Shown piece after piece: positions 10,611 to 21,200 of a stretch of 64,000 nucleotides of DNA (within the stretch, counting starts at the first letter, position 1; every line of letters starts with the position of its first letter). Both the position numbers and the translations under genes were made by a program. The notes under the pieces are model-generated. The model ran no database searches. It had not been told where the DNA came from and worked only from the letters and a program-made list of their open reading frames with translations. Source of the DNA: Corallochytrium limacisporum Hawaii (lineage: Eukaryota; Protista; Pluriformea); NCBI GenBank assembly GCA_002811645.1, contig PDIP01000122.1, positions 96,098-160,097 of the forward strand. The letters run 5' to 3'.

Positions 10611-10815
10611 AAAAAGTAGTATGCCACACTGCAGACCCGCCTCGATCAACCCTTCCCCCACGGGAGAGGGTCGACTCCCGGGCCGCCTTGGAGACAATCG
10701 GAGGCGGTCATGATTAGGGGCCTAATTTTGCTTCCAACTGCACGATCGAGAGATCTCTCCCATTTTTCCCTGCAGTTTCTGAGAATCGCCTCACAGCAGA
10801 CGAGGAGTAGTGGTT
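10611..10815 (-). ncRNA. Candidate structured non-coding RNA (unassigned)
   Basis: Nested helices, several hairpins and a T5 run at the minus-strand 3' end, in an unusually long convergent spacer. No family motif recognised and strand is uncertain. Confidence 0.3.
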
Positions 10816-10992
10816 TGGGGGGGGGGTTTGTTGGCGGCAATTTGGGTGTCCTCTGGCGTAGAAGAGTGCAGCCCACTCGTCATTGCAACCATGCTGATGA
10901 GGTACATCGTCACAAATACAATACCTCTTGCAAACAGTATCTTATCTATTCCTTGAATTGAACAACCTAACTATAGGAACATCCTCGGATGT

Positions 10993-11898
10993 CTACATGC
11001 TTTCGAGATGGATGGCAAACGACGACAACTTCCGGACAGTGTCCAGGGTGCTGCTGACAGTAAGAAATAGACTCTCCTGCAGTTGGATCATGCCACTCCA
11101 CATAATGGAGCCTGCGTGGGACAGCCGGACCTTAGTACTCAGCGTTTCGCTCATTTGATAGCTGAAAGCCAATGACAGTACGCCCATCCGCTCCCGGAAT
11201 GCGTAGCGAACGTGATGGCCGATCGAAAGCACATCGCTAATGTGGTGAACCGCACCGACCCGCATCTGACCCGCCGTAACGTCTACCTCACCCCCAACTT
11301 CGAGGTCTGGTCCGGCATGATGGAGTTTGACCTTAAGATCAGTGTACCGACTGCTAAAAGGATGATGGGTGACATCCATACCCACACCGAGATCGCCAGT
11401 GAGCAAGCCCATGAATTGCAGACTGAACGATGGACCTGGGAAGACATACATTGTCGAACGTAGAGCATAAGCATGCCGTTTCCGAATATCCAGAGCCATT
11501 GATGTAGCCGACAAGCCTTGAGGTGGAGTCAGGGTGGTGTTTACATGGACCTCACAGGGCAGTGGTAGCTTCGGCCGGAAGACCATTAGTGATGAAATGT
11601 TGGACTTGGTGTCGTAGATTACATTGACGTCAACGTTCTGTGATTCAACGACATGATCTAATGACAACTTCCCATACAGTGTCCCATTTGGACGGATCAT
11701 AATATTGGACGCCCAAACATCGTGCAGTCCTAGTGCCTGGCCGAGACTAAGTGTGTGGTATCGTGTTTCGAACCCCTTTTCAAAGAACTTGAGAACTTCT
11801 TCCGCACAGTTGCATGTAATGTCTCCATCCTTCGAGGTCCGCTGTGACGGAGCCAGCTGTTCTTTAAGTCTGCGCACTATTTCGTTTATGTTGTCCAT
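10993..11898 (-). CDS. Divergent Tom40/eukaryotic porin-family beta-barrel
   Basis: Alternating amphipathic beta-strands; SLQFMGLLTGDLGVG, HHISDVLSIG, KVRLSHAGSI and terminal FAIHLE resemble Tom40 C-terminal strands. Confidence 0.65.
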   Translation of the reverse strand: MDNINEIVRRLKEQLAPSQRTSKDGDITCNCAEEVLKFFEKGFETRYHTLSLGQALGLHDVWASNIMIRPNGTLYGKLSLDHVVESQNVDVNVIYDTKSNISSLMVFRPKLPLPCEVHVNTTLTPPQGLSATSMALDIRKRHAYALRSTMYVFPGPSFSLQFMGLLTGDLGVGMDVTHHPFSSRYTDLKVKLHHAGPDLEVGGEVDVTAGQMRVGAVHHISDVLSIGHHVRYAFRERMGVLSLAFSYQMSETLSTKVRLSHAGSIMWSGMIQLQESLFLTVSSTLDTVRKLSSFAIHLESM

Positions 11899-12638
11899 TT
11901 TCTATTGATATGGGTTACTAATTTCATGTTCCTTCTTTAAGTGAGCGGTCTCACGTCATGTTGTTCGCAAGGTCTTGTCCTTCCTGCTCGCACCTTTCCA
12001 GATGAACTTCCCCGTTTTCTCCGTATTATATAATCTCACCACTACTGCGTGTACAAGTACCATTGCCGGGAATTCACCATTCTCAAAGAGAATGTGGTTG
12101 GACGTGAACCGGAACACAGTTCCAGCGACTGACCCGCAGTTGTTCATTGGCGTAAACAATTGGCGGGGATTCGCGGTTTTCACAAGCCAAACCCACCCCC
12201 TCCTCGGGTCGGGGCGTTCTCACTTCGGTGTGCTCCGGAGCCGCCCAGAAGAGAAACGGAGACGAAGCCCACCCCGGGACGGACCTGGAGACACAGTTCC
12301 ACTTGAGCGATGGGTGACGACAGCGGAAGGAACGGTGTGCGTGTGAGAGAATTCCGGGGGGAGTGAGTTGGATATGGGAGAGTATGTCATCAGAGATTGT
12401 ATCTACGTTGCTCCCCCTTCTGGCGACTGTAAGCGATATGGTAAATGAAGATCACCAGTTACATATTTGGATGACTACATATCTTTTCACTTGTCAATAT
12501 CCGGAAAAGACTCCCTTCAGTATCCCTGCCACGCGGGTTAGTTGTCACGGACCAGAAAACGGCGATACAGGTGGACAATATGAAGTGACTTGAGGAAATA
12601 GATCTTGTAAAGACTGAGCAAAGTCAAGACAGACGAAG

Positions 12639-15035
12639 ATGTTCGGGCTCTATTGTGGGCACTTGCGGTCGACGAGCCGAAGGCTGACCCTCAGCGTTTT
12701 TGCGCCCCCGATCACTATTAAATTCAAGGGCTACCATGTTTCCAGGACTGCAACTCTGATACATGGAGGCTCGCTGCAACCGATGATTGGTAATGACTAC
12801 TTGATCGGTGGAAGGCCTCTGCTGTTCATGGGTCTATCGAGCAAGATCAGCAACACCTACGCCAACCACACTACGCAGACAGTTGGATTGTCCATGCGGC
12901 TGTTCCACACCAACGGGCGCCGTCAGCTGATGCAGCAGCAGCAGTACATGACCAAGAGTCAACAGATGCGCAAGCGCTCTGTGGTCAATCCTGGGTCCTC
13001 AAAAGTGACAAGAACGATCAACGGTCGAGTGATCACCAGCAGCAACTGGTCGTCGACCCGTAAACCATTGCTCGCTTTTCCGCTGCTAGCCCGTGCCTTT
13101 GGCAGTAGTGCGAAAAAGAAAGCTAAGGACGGCGTTGGCAAGTCTACGGAATTGAAGAAGGACACGGGCTTTTGGCGGCTGCTTGCATTCGCGAAGCCTG
13201 AATATGGACGGCTCGGCATTGCGGTTGGTTTGCTTCTGATCTCTTCAGCAGTGACAATGAGTGTGCCCTTTGGTCTCGGCAAACTGATTGACCTCATCTT
13301 CAACGCTCCGGACGCCAAACAACAGCTAGCCACTATCTCCAAGTACCTGCTTGGCATCTTCGTGGTTGGTGGAGTGGCCAACTTCGGCCGCATCTATATG
13401 ATCCAGACCAGCGGCCAGCGCATCATTGCCCGCCTCCGCAACGGCCTGTTTGGCAGCATGATGAAGCAGGAAGCTGCATATTACGATAAGAATCGAACGG
13501 GAGAACTTATTAATCGCCTGTCCAGCGATACTGTGGTTGTGGGTAAGGCCTTTAGCGACAATATTTCCGACGGAATGCGCAGCATTGCACAGGCAATGGG
13601 TTCCTTTGGCATGATGCTGTACATGAGCCCCAAGCTGACTGCTGTTGTGTTCATGATTGTGCCGCCAGTGGTTGGCTTGAGCATGCTCTACGGTCGGTTC
13701 GTGAAGCAAATCAGTGCCAATGTGCAGTCAGCATTGGCTGATGCGAACACTGTGGCAGAGGAACGGATCTCTAACATTCGGACGGTCCGCGCATTTAGCG
13801 GAGAGAAAATGGAAGAGAAAGAGTACGCGCGGACTGTGGATAAGGCGTACGAACTGTCCAAGAGTGAGGCGGTGGCAAAGGGTATCTTTTATGGCAGTGC
13901 TGGGTTCACGGGTAATGTGATTATGCTCTCTGTGCTCTGGTACGGTGGAACCATGATGATGGACGGTGAGATTACCGTGGGCAATCTTACGAGCTTCTTG
14001 CTATACGCTGCATACGTGGGTATATCAACTGTCGGTTTATCGAGCTTCTACGGTGAGCTTATGAAGGGGGTCGGTGCCTCCACGCGTCTCTGGGAGATTA
14101 TGGACCGCGAACCACATATCTCCCACAGTGGAGGACAGGTAATTCCTGCAGATCAATTTAAGGGTCGCGTGGAATTCCAGGACGTTGGTTTCCACTATCC
14201 CACACGGTCGGACAAGGCTGTCTTTGACGGCCTGAACCTGGACATTGAACCGGGACATATCACTGCCATTGTCGGCAGCAGTGGTAGCGGTAAGAGTACG
14301 CTTGCATGGCTAATTCTGCGCCTCTACGACGTTCCTAAAGGTCGCATTGCCATCGACGGGCGGGACATTAAGGATCTGGATGTGCTCTGGTTGCGCGGTC
14401 AGATCTCCATTGTCAACCAGGAGCCTGTGCTGTTCTCTTCATCCATCCATGATAACATTGCCTATTCGAAACCGGACGCCTCTCAGGATGAGGTGATTCA
14501 GGCTGCTAAGCAGGCAAATGCCCTCGATTTCATCCATTCCTTCCCCCAAGGATTTGACACCAAGGCCGGTGAGCGTGGTGCACAGATTAGTGGAGGTCAG
14601 AAGCAGCGCATTGCCATTGCCCGCGCCATTTTGCGCAATCCCAAGCTCCTGATTCTCGATGAGGCGACCAGTGCACTAGATAGCGAGAGCGAGCACCTGG
14701 TCCAACAGGCACTAGAGAATGTCATGCACCACCGCACCACCATTGTCATTGCACACCGTCTGTCCACCATTAAGAATGCTGACAAGATCGTGTTACTGAA
14801 TGAGGGCAAAGTTGCGGATATGGGAACCTACGACGAATTGATCAAGCGCAGTAAATTCTTTAAGGCCCTCATCGACCGGCAGCGGTTCCAGGGTAGCGCG
14901 GCAGGGCAAGATGCAGCAGCCATTGTCGCATCTCAGGACGCCGAGATCATTCTTGACACGGCTGTCAGTGACAACTCCGTAGATCAGGAAGTTCGTGACA
15001 ATGAACGTACGACCAAGGGTGGGCCATCCTCATGA
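12639..15035 (+). CDS. ABCB10: Mitochondrial ABC half-transporter, ABCB10/Mdl1-like
   Basis: Long basic presequence; TMD with TGELINRLSSD and AEERISNIRTV; NBD with GSSGSGKST, ISGGQKQR, LILDEATSALD, IAHRLST. Confidence 0.92.
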   Translation: MFGLYCGHLRSTSRRLTLSVFAPPITIKFKGYHVSRTATLIHGGSLQPMIGNDYLIGGRPLLFMGLSSKISNTYANHTTQTVGLSMRLFHTNGRRQLMQQQQYMTKSQQMRKRSVVNPGSSKVTRTINGRVITSSNWSSTRKPLLAFPLLARAFGSSAKKKAKDGVGKSTELKKDTGFWRLLAFAKPEYGRLGIAVGLLLISSAVTMSVPFGLGKLIDLIFNAPDAKQQLATISKYLLGIFVVGGVANFGRIYMIQTSGQRIIARLRNGLFGSMMKQEAAYYDKNRTGELINRLSSDTVVVGKAFSDNISDGMRSIAQAMGSFGMMLYMSPKLTAVVFMIVPPVVGLSMLYGRFVKQISANVQSALADANTVAEERISNIRTVRAFSGEKMEEKEYARTVDKAYELSKSEAVAKGIFYGSAGFTGNVIMLSVLWYGGTMMMDGEITVGNLTSFLLYAAYVGISTVGLSSFYGELMKGVGASTRLWEIMDREPHISHSGGQVIPADQFKGRVEFQDVGFHYPTRSDKAVFDGLNLDIEPGHITAIVGSSGSGKSTLAWLILRLYDVPKGRIAIDGRDIKDLDVLWLRGQISIVNQEPVLFSSSIHDNIAYSKPDASQDEVIQAAKQANALDFIHSFPQGFDTKAGERGAQISGGQKQRIAIARAILRNPKLLILDEATSALDSESEHLVQQALENVMHHRTTIVIAHRLSTIKNADKIVLLNEGKVADMGTYDELIKRSKFFKALIDRQRFQGSAAGQDAAAIVASQDAEIILDTAVSDNSVDQEVRDNERTTKGGPSS

Positions 15036-15261
15036 TCGAAGCATTTAGTCTTTTTCGCGATCAATGCCATTTCCAGAGTTGTACCAACACAACACTGAAA
15101 ACTACACTAATAGTGATCAGAGAATCACTTTGGACACTGCGATGAAGACCATTGCATGTGTTGCACGAACATGACACTGCCACCATTACATATATTTCAT
15201 TTTATACAGCAAATTTTGTATTTGTTGATTTACTAGCAGTAACTTCAAACAGTTGCGGGTT

Positions 15262-18200
15262 CTAAGGTTCAGTTTTCTTCGCAGTTGTGTAGAGCGCAGA
15301 GTCAGTGGCAGCCTTTTGACGCGAGCTACCACCTGCGGATGCACGAGCCTCTGCGCTCTGCGGTTCCTGAGCAGGTGATTCTGTGGCAGGCTGGGCCGAC
15401 CCTGCGGTCTGCTGTGTGACATGAACACTACCGTAGCCTGCCTTCTGCGCGGCAGCGGCCTGCTTTGCGGCCCGGCGGCCACCTTTGGCAGCTGACGATT
15501 TGTTGCCCCCGCCGCGGCGGAAAGTACCGCGCAGAGTTCCACGCTTAGTGCCACGGGCGTGCTCCTCACGATCGATCGAGACACCGTAGGCGGTTATTAG
15601 ATCGCTAATTTCGTCGGCGGACCGGGATGTGAACTTGACGCTCACTGCTTCTCCAGTAGCGGCGGCCCGTCCTTTGACAACAATCCGATCGTCCCTGGCG
15701 TACCAATTCGAAATATCGCCGTAATTGACCCGTGTGAGCAGCCCGCGATTCCTGGCTTCGTAGATTTCAATGCGTTCTGGACTGATGCCAATGACAATGG
15801 ACTTGGACGACTTACCAAAGACCTGTTTGCCATCAAAGTAGGCCACGCCAGCTGCGGAATGCTTCTTGAGCAGGTCAAGGAGCGATCGCTTAGCCTTACC
15901 AGCGGGAAGGGAACGATTTTCGCGGTACGCCTTCTGGAAATCAAGCACAAGTTGATCCATATCTTGATTTGGCAAGAGATCAGTGGGCATCAAACGCTGT
16001 ACACGACGCTTGACCTGCGATGTGGTCGGTGGCAGATCATCCCCGTACTTGACGATGTACTGGTACACCGCACACATAATCGCCTCTTGTCGACTCACGT
16101 CGTAGTAGCCCTTATGTAGATTGGGAATGGTCTGCCAGTAGTGGAACAGATTGTCTGCAACAGGGTCTTCACCTATCTCATCCGCACGCCATGCACGTCG
16201 CCGGATCAGGACGTGGAAGGGTGCGTCAATCCGAATGTTATTCACCACGATCACACGGTTCATGAAATCAAAGAGGAAGCAGTCACGGTGCATGCATGCG
16301 GTCAGACCTTCTTCTGGGAACCGCACAAAGAGCGCAAAACCGTCTAAACTGCGGAAGTCCAGGTCATGGGCAACCTGCGTGAGCAGATCTCCGCGTCGCG
16401 TGTAGCTGAAGACTTCATAGCGACGGTAGGACGTATCGGGTAGGTGTACCTCGACATGGATTGGCTTAGCATTGTTGCGCACCGATTCATACTCAAGCGG
16501 GTGTAGCAGAGATTCGCGCTTTGGAAGGCGGCGTATCTTGTGGAGGCGAGTCAAGCAGGCCGCGGCAATGCGACGGCTGCTGTTGCAGTTCAGGATGGAT
16601 TCAATGTAGCTAATCAGAATTGGTGTCGGGTATGTTACACCACATAACGCAAACATGAGCTCCCAACCCTTGGCTTCACTTACCGTGTTGCTATTGTTGG
16701 TGATCTGCTTGGTCACCTGACTAAAGATCTCATCGCGCAAGGCATCCACCTTGATGGCCAGGCCAACGACATTGTTGAGTAATTCAAAGTCAGAGACGTT
16801 GGATTTCCGACTCATGTCCCCCATGAAGCGTAGAATGGAACGATTACCGGCCAACGCGGCCTTCTCCAGCTCCGGATCTTCGGCCACATGCTTTAGGCAC
16901 GCCTTAGGCAACTCATTCTTGTCCCATTCCCAGGGCAGTGTTACGTTCTTCTTGCGATCCGGGCGCTGAGTAAAGTAGTCTGCTGCAAACTCTTCTAGAG
17001 TGTTGTGCTGGAACACTGCCTGCACAAAAACTAGGGAAGAATTAGAGATGACATTCATCATCTCCGGGGTTGGCTTCTCATTCACGGGCAGAACATGGAC
17101 GTAGGAGAGAGGAAAGTAACCCGCAGCACCAGTGCGCTCGCATTCGCCATAGCACAGACCGCGCCCCTTAGTTGGGCGCTTGAGTATGGTGATCAAATCT
17201 CCCGGGCGGAAGCTAAGCAGTGACGGATCGTCGGGCGACTTGAAGTTGACCTTGGCAACCGCATACTTCGAACGCTTGCCATGCTCACGGAGAATATCAG
17301 TGATGAATTCCTTGAAATCATTCGACTCGCAAACCATAATGAAGGTGACACCGCTGAACGTGCGCACAATTATGGGTCGGGTTTTGTGACTGCCGAGGCG
17401 GTAGCCCTCTTCAATTGCGATAATGTCCGCATAGGCAACCTTGGACATAATTTCCAGATTCTCGTTAATCACAAAAATACCCATCCGTCCTACGGCTACC
17501 GCCACTGCATCGTCCGGTGAGTACGGCTTGAGGAACTTAATGTCCTTGTAGATGCGCGTGAATTGCAGGGGGTACTGCTTCACAATATAGTCAATCATTA
17601 ATTGCTGTACCTCCAAGCTGGAGGCCTTCCGTTGGGCAAACGAAGAGTTCTTGATCACTTCCGCCGCGGCACGGATCCACTTCTCTGGCTTAATCTCATC
17701 GCCCTGAGGCAGCCATCCTGGGATGACTTCCTCAATATTCCGAGCATTGCGCTTGGAGATGCCACCGAACTCAATGTATATGCGCATTGCCAAATAGTTG
17801 ACCAAGACTTCGTCACGCGGTGGGTAGGCACCAGAAGCCACACCAAAGGTAATCTGCAAGTACTCCAGTTGTACACTGACAGCATCCAAATCCTCGTTCC
17901 AGGGAGGGAACATCTCCTTCTTGTAGTAAATGACGAAGCGATTATCACGTGCAGGAATGCCCATCTGTTCTCCGCGGCGTTCTGCCCGGGCAACCCAATC
18001 AAGGATCTTGTTGTTGCCACTGCCAATGCAAGTGCCAATGCCGGAGACACTGATAAAGAGAGAAAATCCGTAGCGGTTCTGCTGGCGCAGTTGACTCTTG
18101 ATCATATGCACTACTTCCTTCGCGGTAGTGCTCATGTCAATCACAAAGTTGTGGCTGCGGTCATCCACAAACATAACCTTGATTGCAATCGGTTGGCGTA

Positions 18201-21200
18201 ATTTGACCATGTTTGTCTCGTAGACTGATGGAGAGTGTAGCCGTGGACCGTTCATGATGCATCTTTCCAGTGTGTACTGTGCACGCTCGACAAACTTCCG
18301 TGGCGCAAAGTACAGGACTGCACGAAGTGTGGGCAGGAACCGCTGGGACGGGGGGAAACAACCCATGACCAGGATCAGCAAGATGAAACCACGGATGCGA
18401 CTGGACGCAGAAGGATTGCGGTGTAGCTGCTTGATGATCTGGCAGAGAATCTCATCGCGCATGTTAGGGTCCACAATGCCGGGTTCAATGATGGCTCGCA
18501 GGCGTCCGTTCATGGCTCCCGGTTTGCGATCATCGACCACAATATCATCCTCCTTGCGCAAATCAGATGCCTCGTGAGCATGGAGGCCACTGAGCTGACC
18601 AAGGGAACTGACGCTGTCCCTGTCGTCGTCCTTTTTCTTCTTCATCAGGCCAAACAATGAGCCACGGGAGCTGCTCCGGCTCATTCCGCTGTCGCCATTT
18701 AAGTCCCCGAGACTGATGTTAGAGCCGCGCTTCTTCCTGCCATCCTTGTCTTGGCCCATGCCATTAAGCGAAGTATTACTGCCACGAATGGAGCTAACCA
18801 GGGATGAATTGGACAGGCGGCCCTCCTTGCGTGCATTCTTGCTCTTTCTGCAAGGTCGGTTGTCCACAGGGCTGTCGAGATCGGCATCTTCAGCTGAGAT
18901 TGCGAAGTACTTGGGCTCCACAATATCACCCATGAATTTTTGAATGTGCACAAAGATCTTGAGGGCCCGTCGACGCATCTGCTCCGTACGTAGAGCCAGC
19001 AACGGACGCTTGAGCGGTTGACGCGTGTAGAACGGGTCGAGACCATTAAAGTACTGACGTGCAAAGAGCTTGAAATTATTTGCGGAAATGTCGTCAGCAG
19101 GCTCCGGATCGGTCTCCATTATCGAAGTTGTGTTCTCACCCTCCTCCTCATCGTCCTCAACAATCGGCTCTGGTTCCTGCTCTAAGAAATCGAAAGCACT
19201 AGAAATCATGGCAGTAGCCTGCATGAGCATTATATCATCCATCTGATTGGCATTGTACTGTGCCATGCGCAAAGCCCGAGCCTCATCCTGTGCCTTAATG
19301 TACTTTTGCTGAGCCAGCCACTGGCGCACCAGGTACCCTTTACTCATTGCCGTGAGCTTAGCCATGGTTTCGCGGAACAGTCTAATTCGACTAGCGCCCT
19401 TGTAAACACGCCAAGCATTCTGAAGCTTCCGCACGCATACGCGGAGGTATAAATATTGTTCTCGAGCACGAGCGCAGCGGTACCATTTCTGTATGGCAAT
19501 AGTGGCACTCCGTTTCTCAAGGAAGTGCTTCCGGTCAAGCCATGCGCGTGCAGCCCGCTGGATTTTTACGACGTACTTTCGCAGTGCCATTCCCTTCACG
19601 CGGCTCAGTTCTTCCGCCTGTTTCATCTTCAGGAAGACCTTCGTGTATCCGATCTGCCAGTCCTGGTCCGGTAGCCCCTTGTTCAGAATTTCCTCACACT
19701 TTTCGTGCATCTCTACATTGCGGAAGCGGGCACTCGGAGCTACAATCCAGAACACATTCACAAAGTCGGCAAACTCGTAACGGATAGCGTAGCCGTTCTT
19801 GCGCACATTGATAGTCTCCATCATACCAGAGTATCGCAGCTGCTTCAGGACCAAACCGGATTTGAAATTCAGGGGCTTCTTTTCAGTGTTGGGTTTCACA
19901 CAGCGAATAAAGGAAGGCTCAGCTTCAGCCAGCGTTTTCAGTAGAGACTGCAGAGACTTGGCAAAGCGAGCAGCAACTGACGTGCCTTTTTTCTTTGCAC
20001 TAGCGCCCTGCTCAATCTCGCGAATCTGGTCCCTGAAAAGCTCAGTCAGTAGCGATAGATTAGAGTGAGTAACGACCCTAAGCAGATCCTGACCAAACCG
20101 ATTCTTGTTCTTTTCCAGGAACCCCTCACAGTCGTAATGGACATCGCCAGCGTAATGATGCACACCGAATACCGTGTCCTGACCGGGTAGCTTCTGATAG
20201 TACGGATCCTTGTTGTGGTTATCTTCAAGCTTCAGGTAGAGGGACTCATCGGTACCACGGGGGAAGAAGGTCTCTTCGTCAATCAGGTTGATAATACTAA
20301 CTGGGCTATTAAACAACATCTTGAGACAAGGCTCATTGTCTTGGAAATCCAGCGTTTCCCAGTTGATGCCTTCCTCCCGATAAATGTCCTGCTCAATCTT
20401 GAACACAAACTGCACAAAAACCTGCTGCAGGGCTTCGTTCGCGTAGTTGATACACAACTGCTCAAAAGAATTTTGTTCAAAGACTTCAAACCCGAAAATG
20501 TCCAACACACCAATGCGTTGCCGCGTTGACGCTAATCCCTGACTAATCTTCATATTGATAGCATCTACTACTTCACTGAATAGTGACGCATAGACACCTT
20601 GGATCAGAATCTGTACATTCTTGGCAGCCTCGGCCACAGAGATGGCATTCTTGTATGTTTCGTGGCGTAGCTTGGTGGTGCGGACACAAATTGCGTCCTC
20701 TAAATCAGACTTCTCCAAACCCAGTAGCGAGAGTGCTACCTGTAGATGTGTAGAATCCTTGAGACTGGATCCATCTCCCTTTCCTGTAAATTCCAAGTTA
20801 CCCAAATGCAACAACAGGGCCAAAACTGTAAAGTAATCATCCATGCGATCGTCTGAAATGTTCAGTGCTTTCATACCAGCGATGACCTCTTGAAAATCCA
20901 CTGCATCATCGACACCGTCAATGCTTACACAATCACCACCAGTGAGAATCTTGAAGTCCTTGACGTTCTTTAGGAACAATCGACTCTTCAATGTTTCGCT
21001 CGCGCCCGCCACCAATTGGTAGAAAATATGGTAATTGCGCTCTCCCTTGGACTGAAACGTCAAACGACTACGTTCCAAAAGAAACTGTTGTGCTGACGCA
21101 TGTGTAATATTACCACCCTTGAACTCTACCGATAAGAACTTACCGAAGCGGGAGGAGTTGTCATTACGAAGGGTCTTTGCATTTCCTAGTGCCTCAAAAA

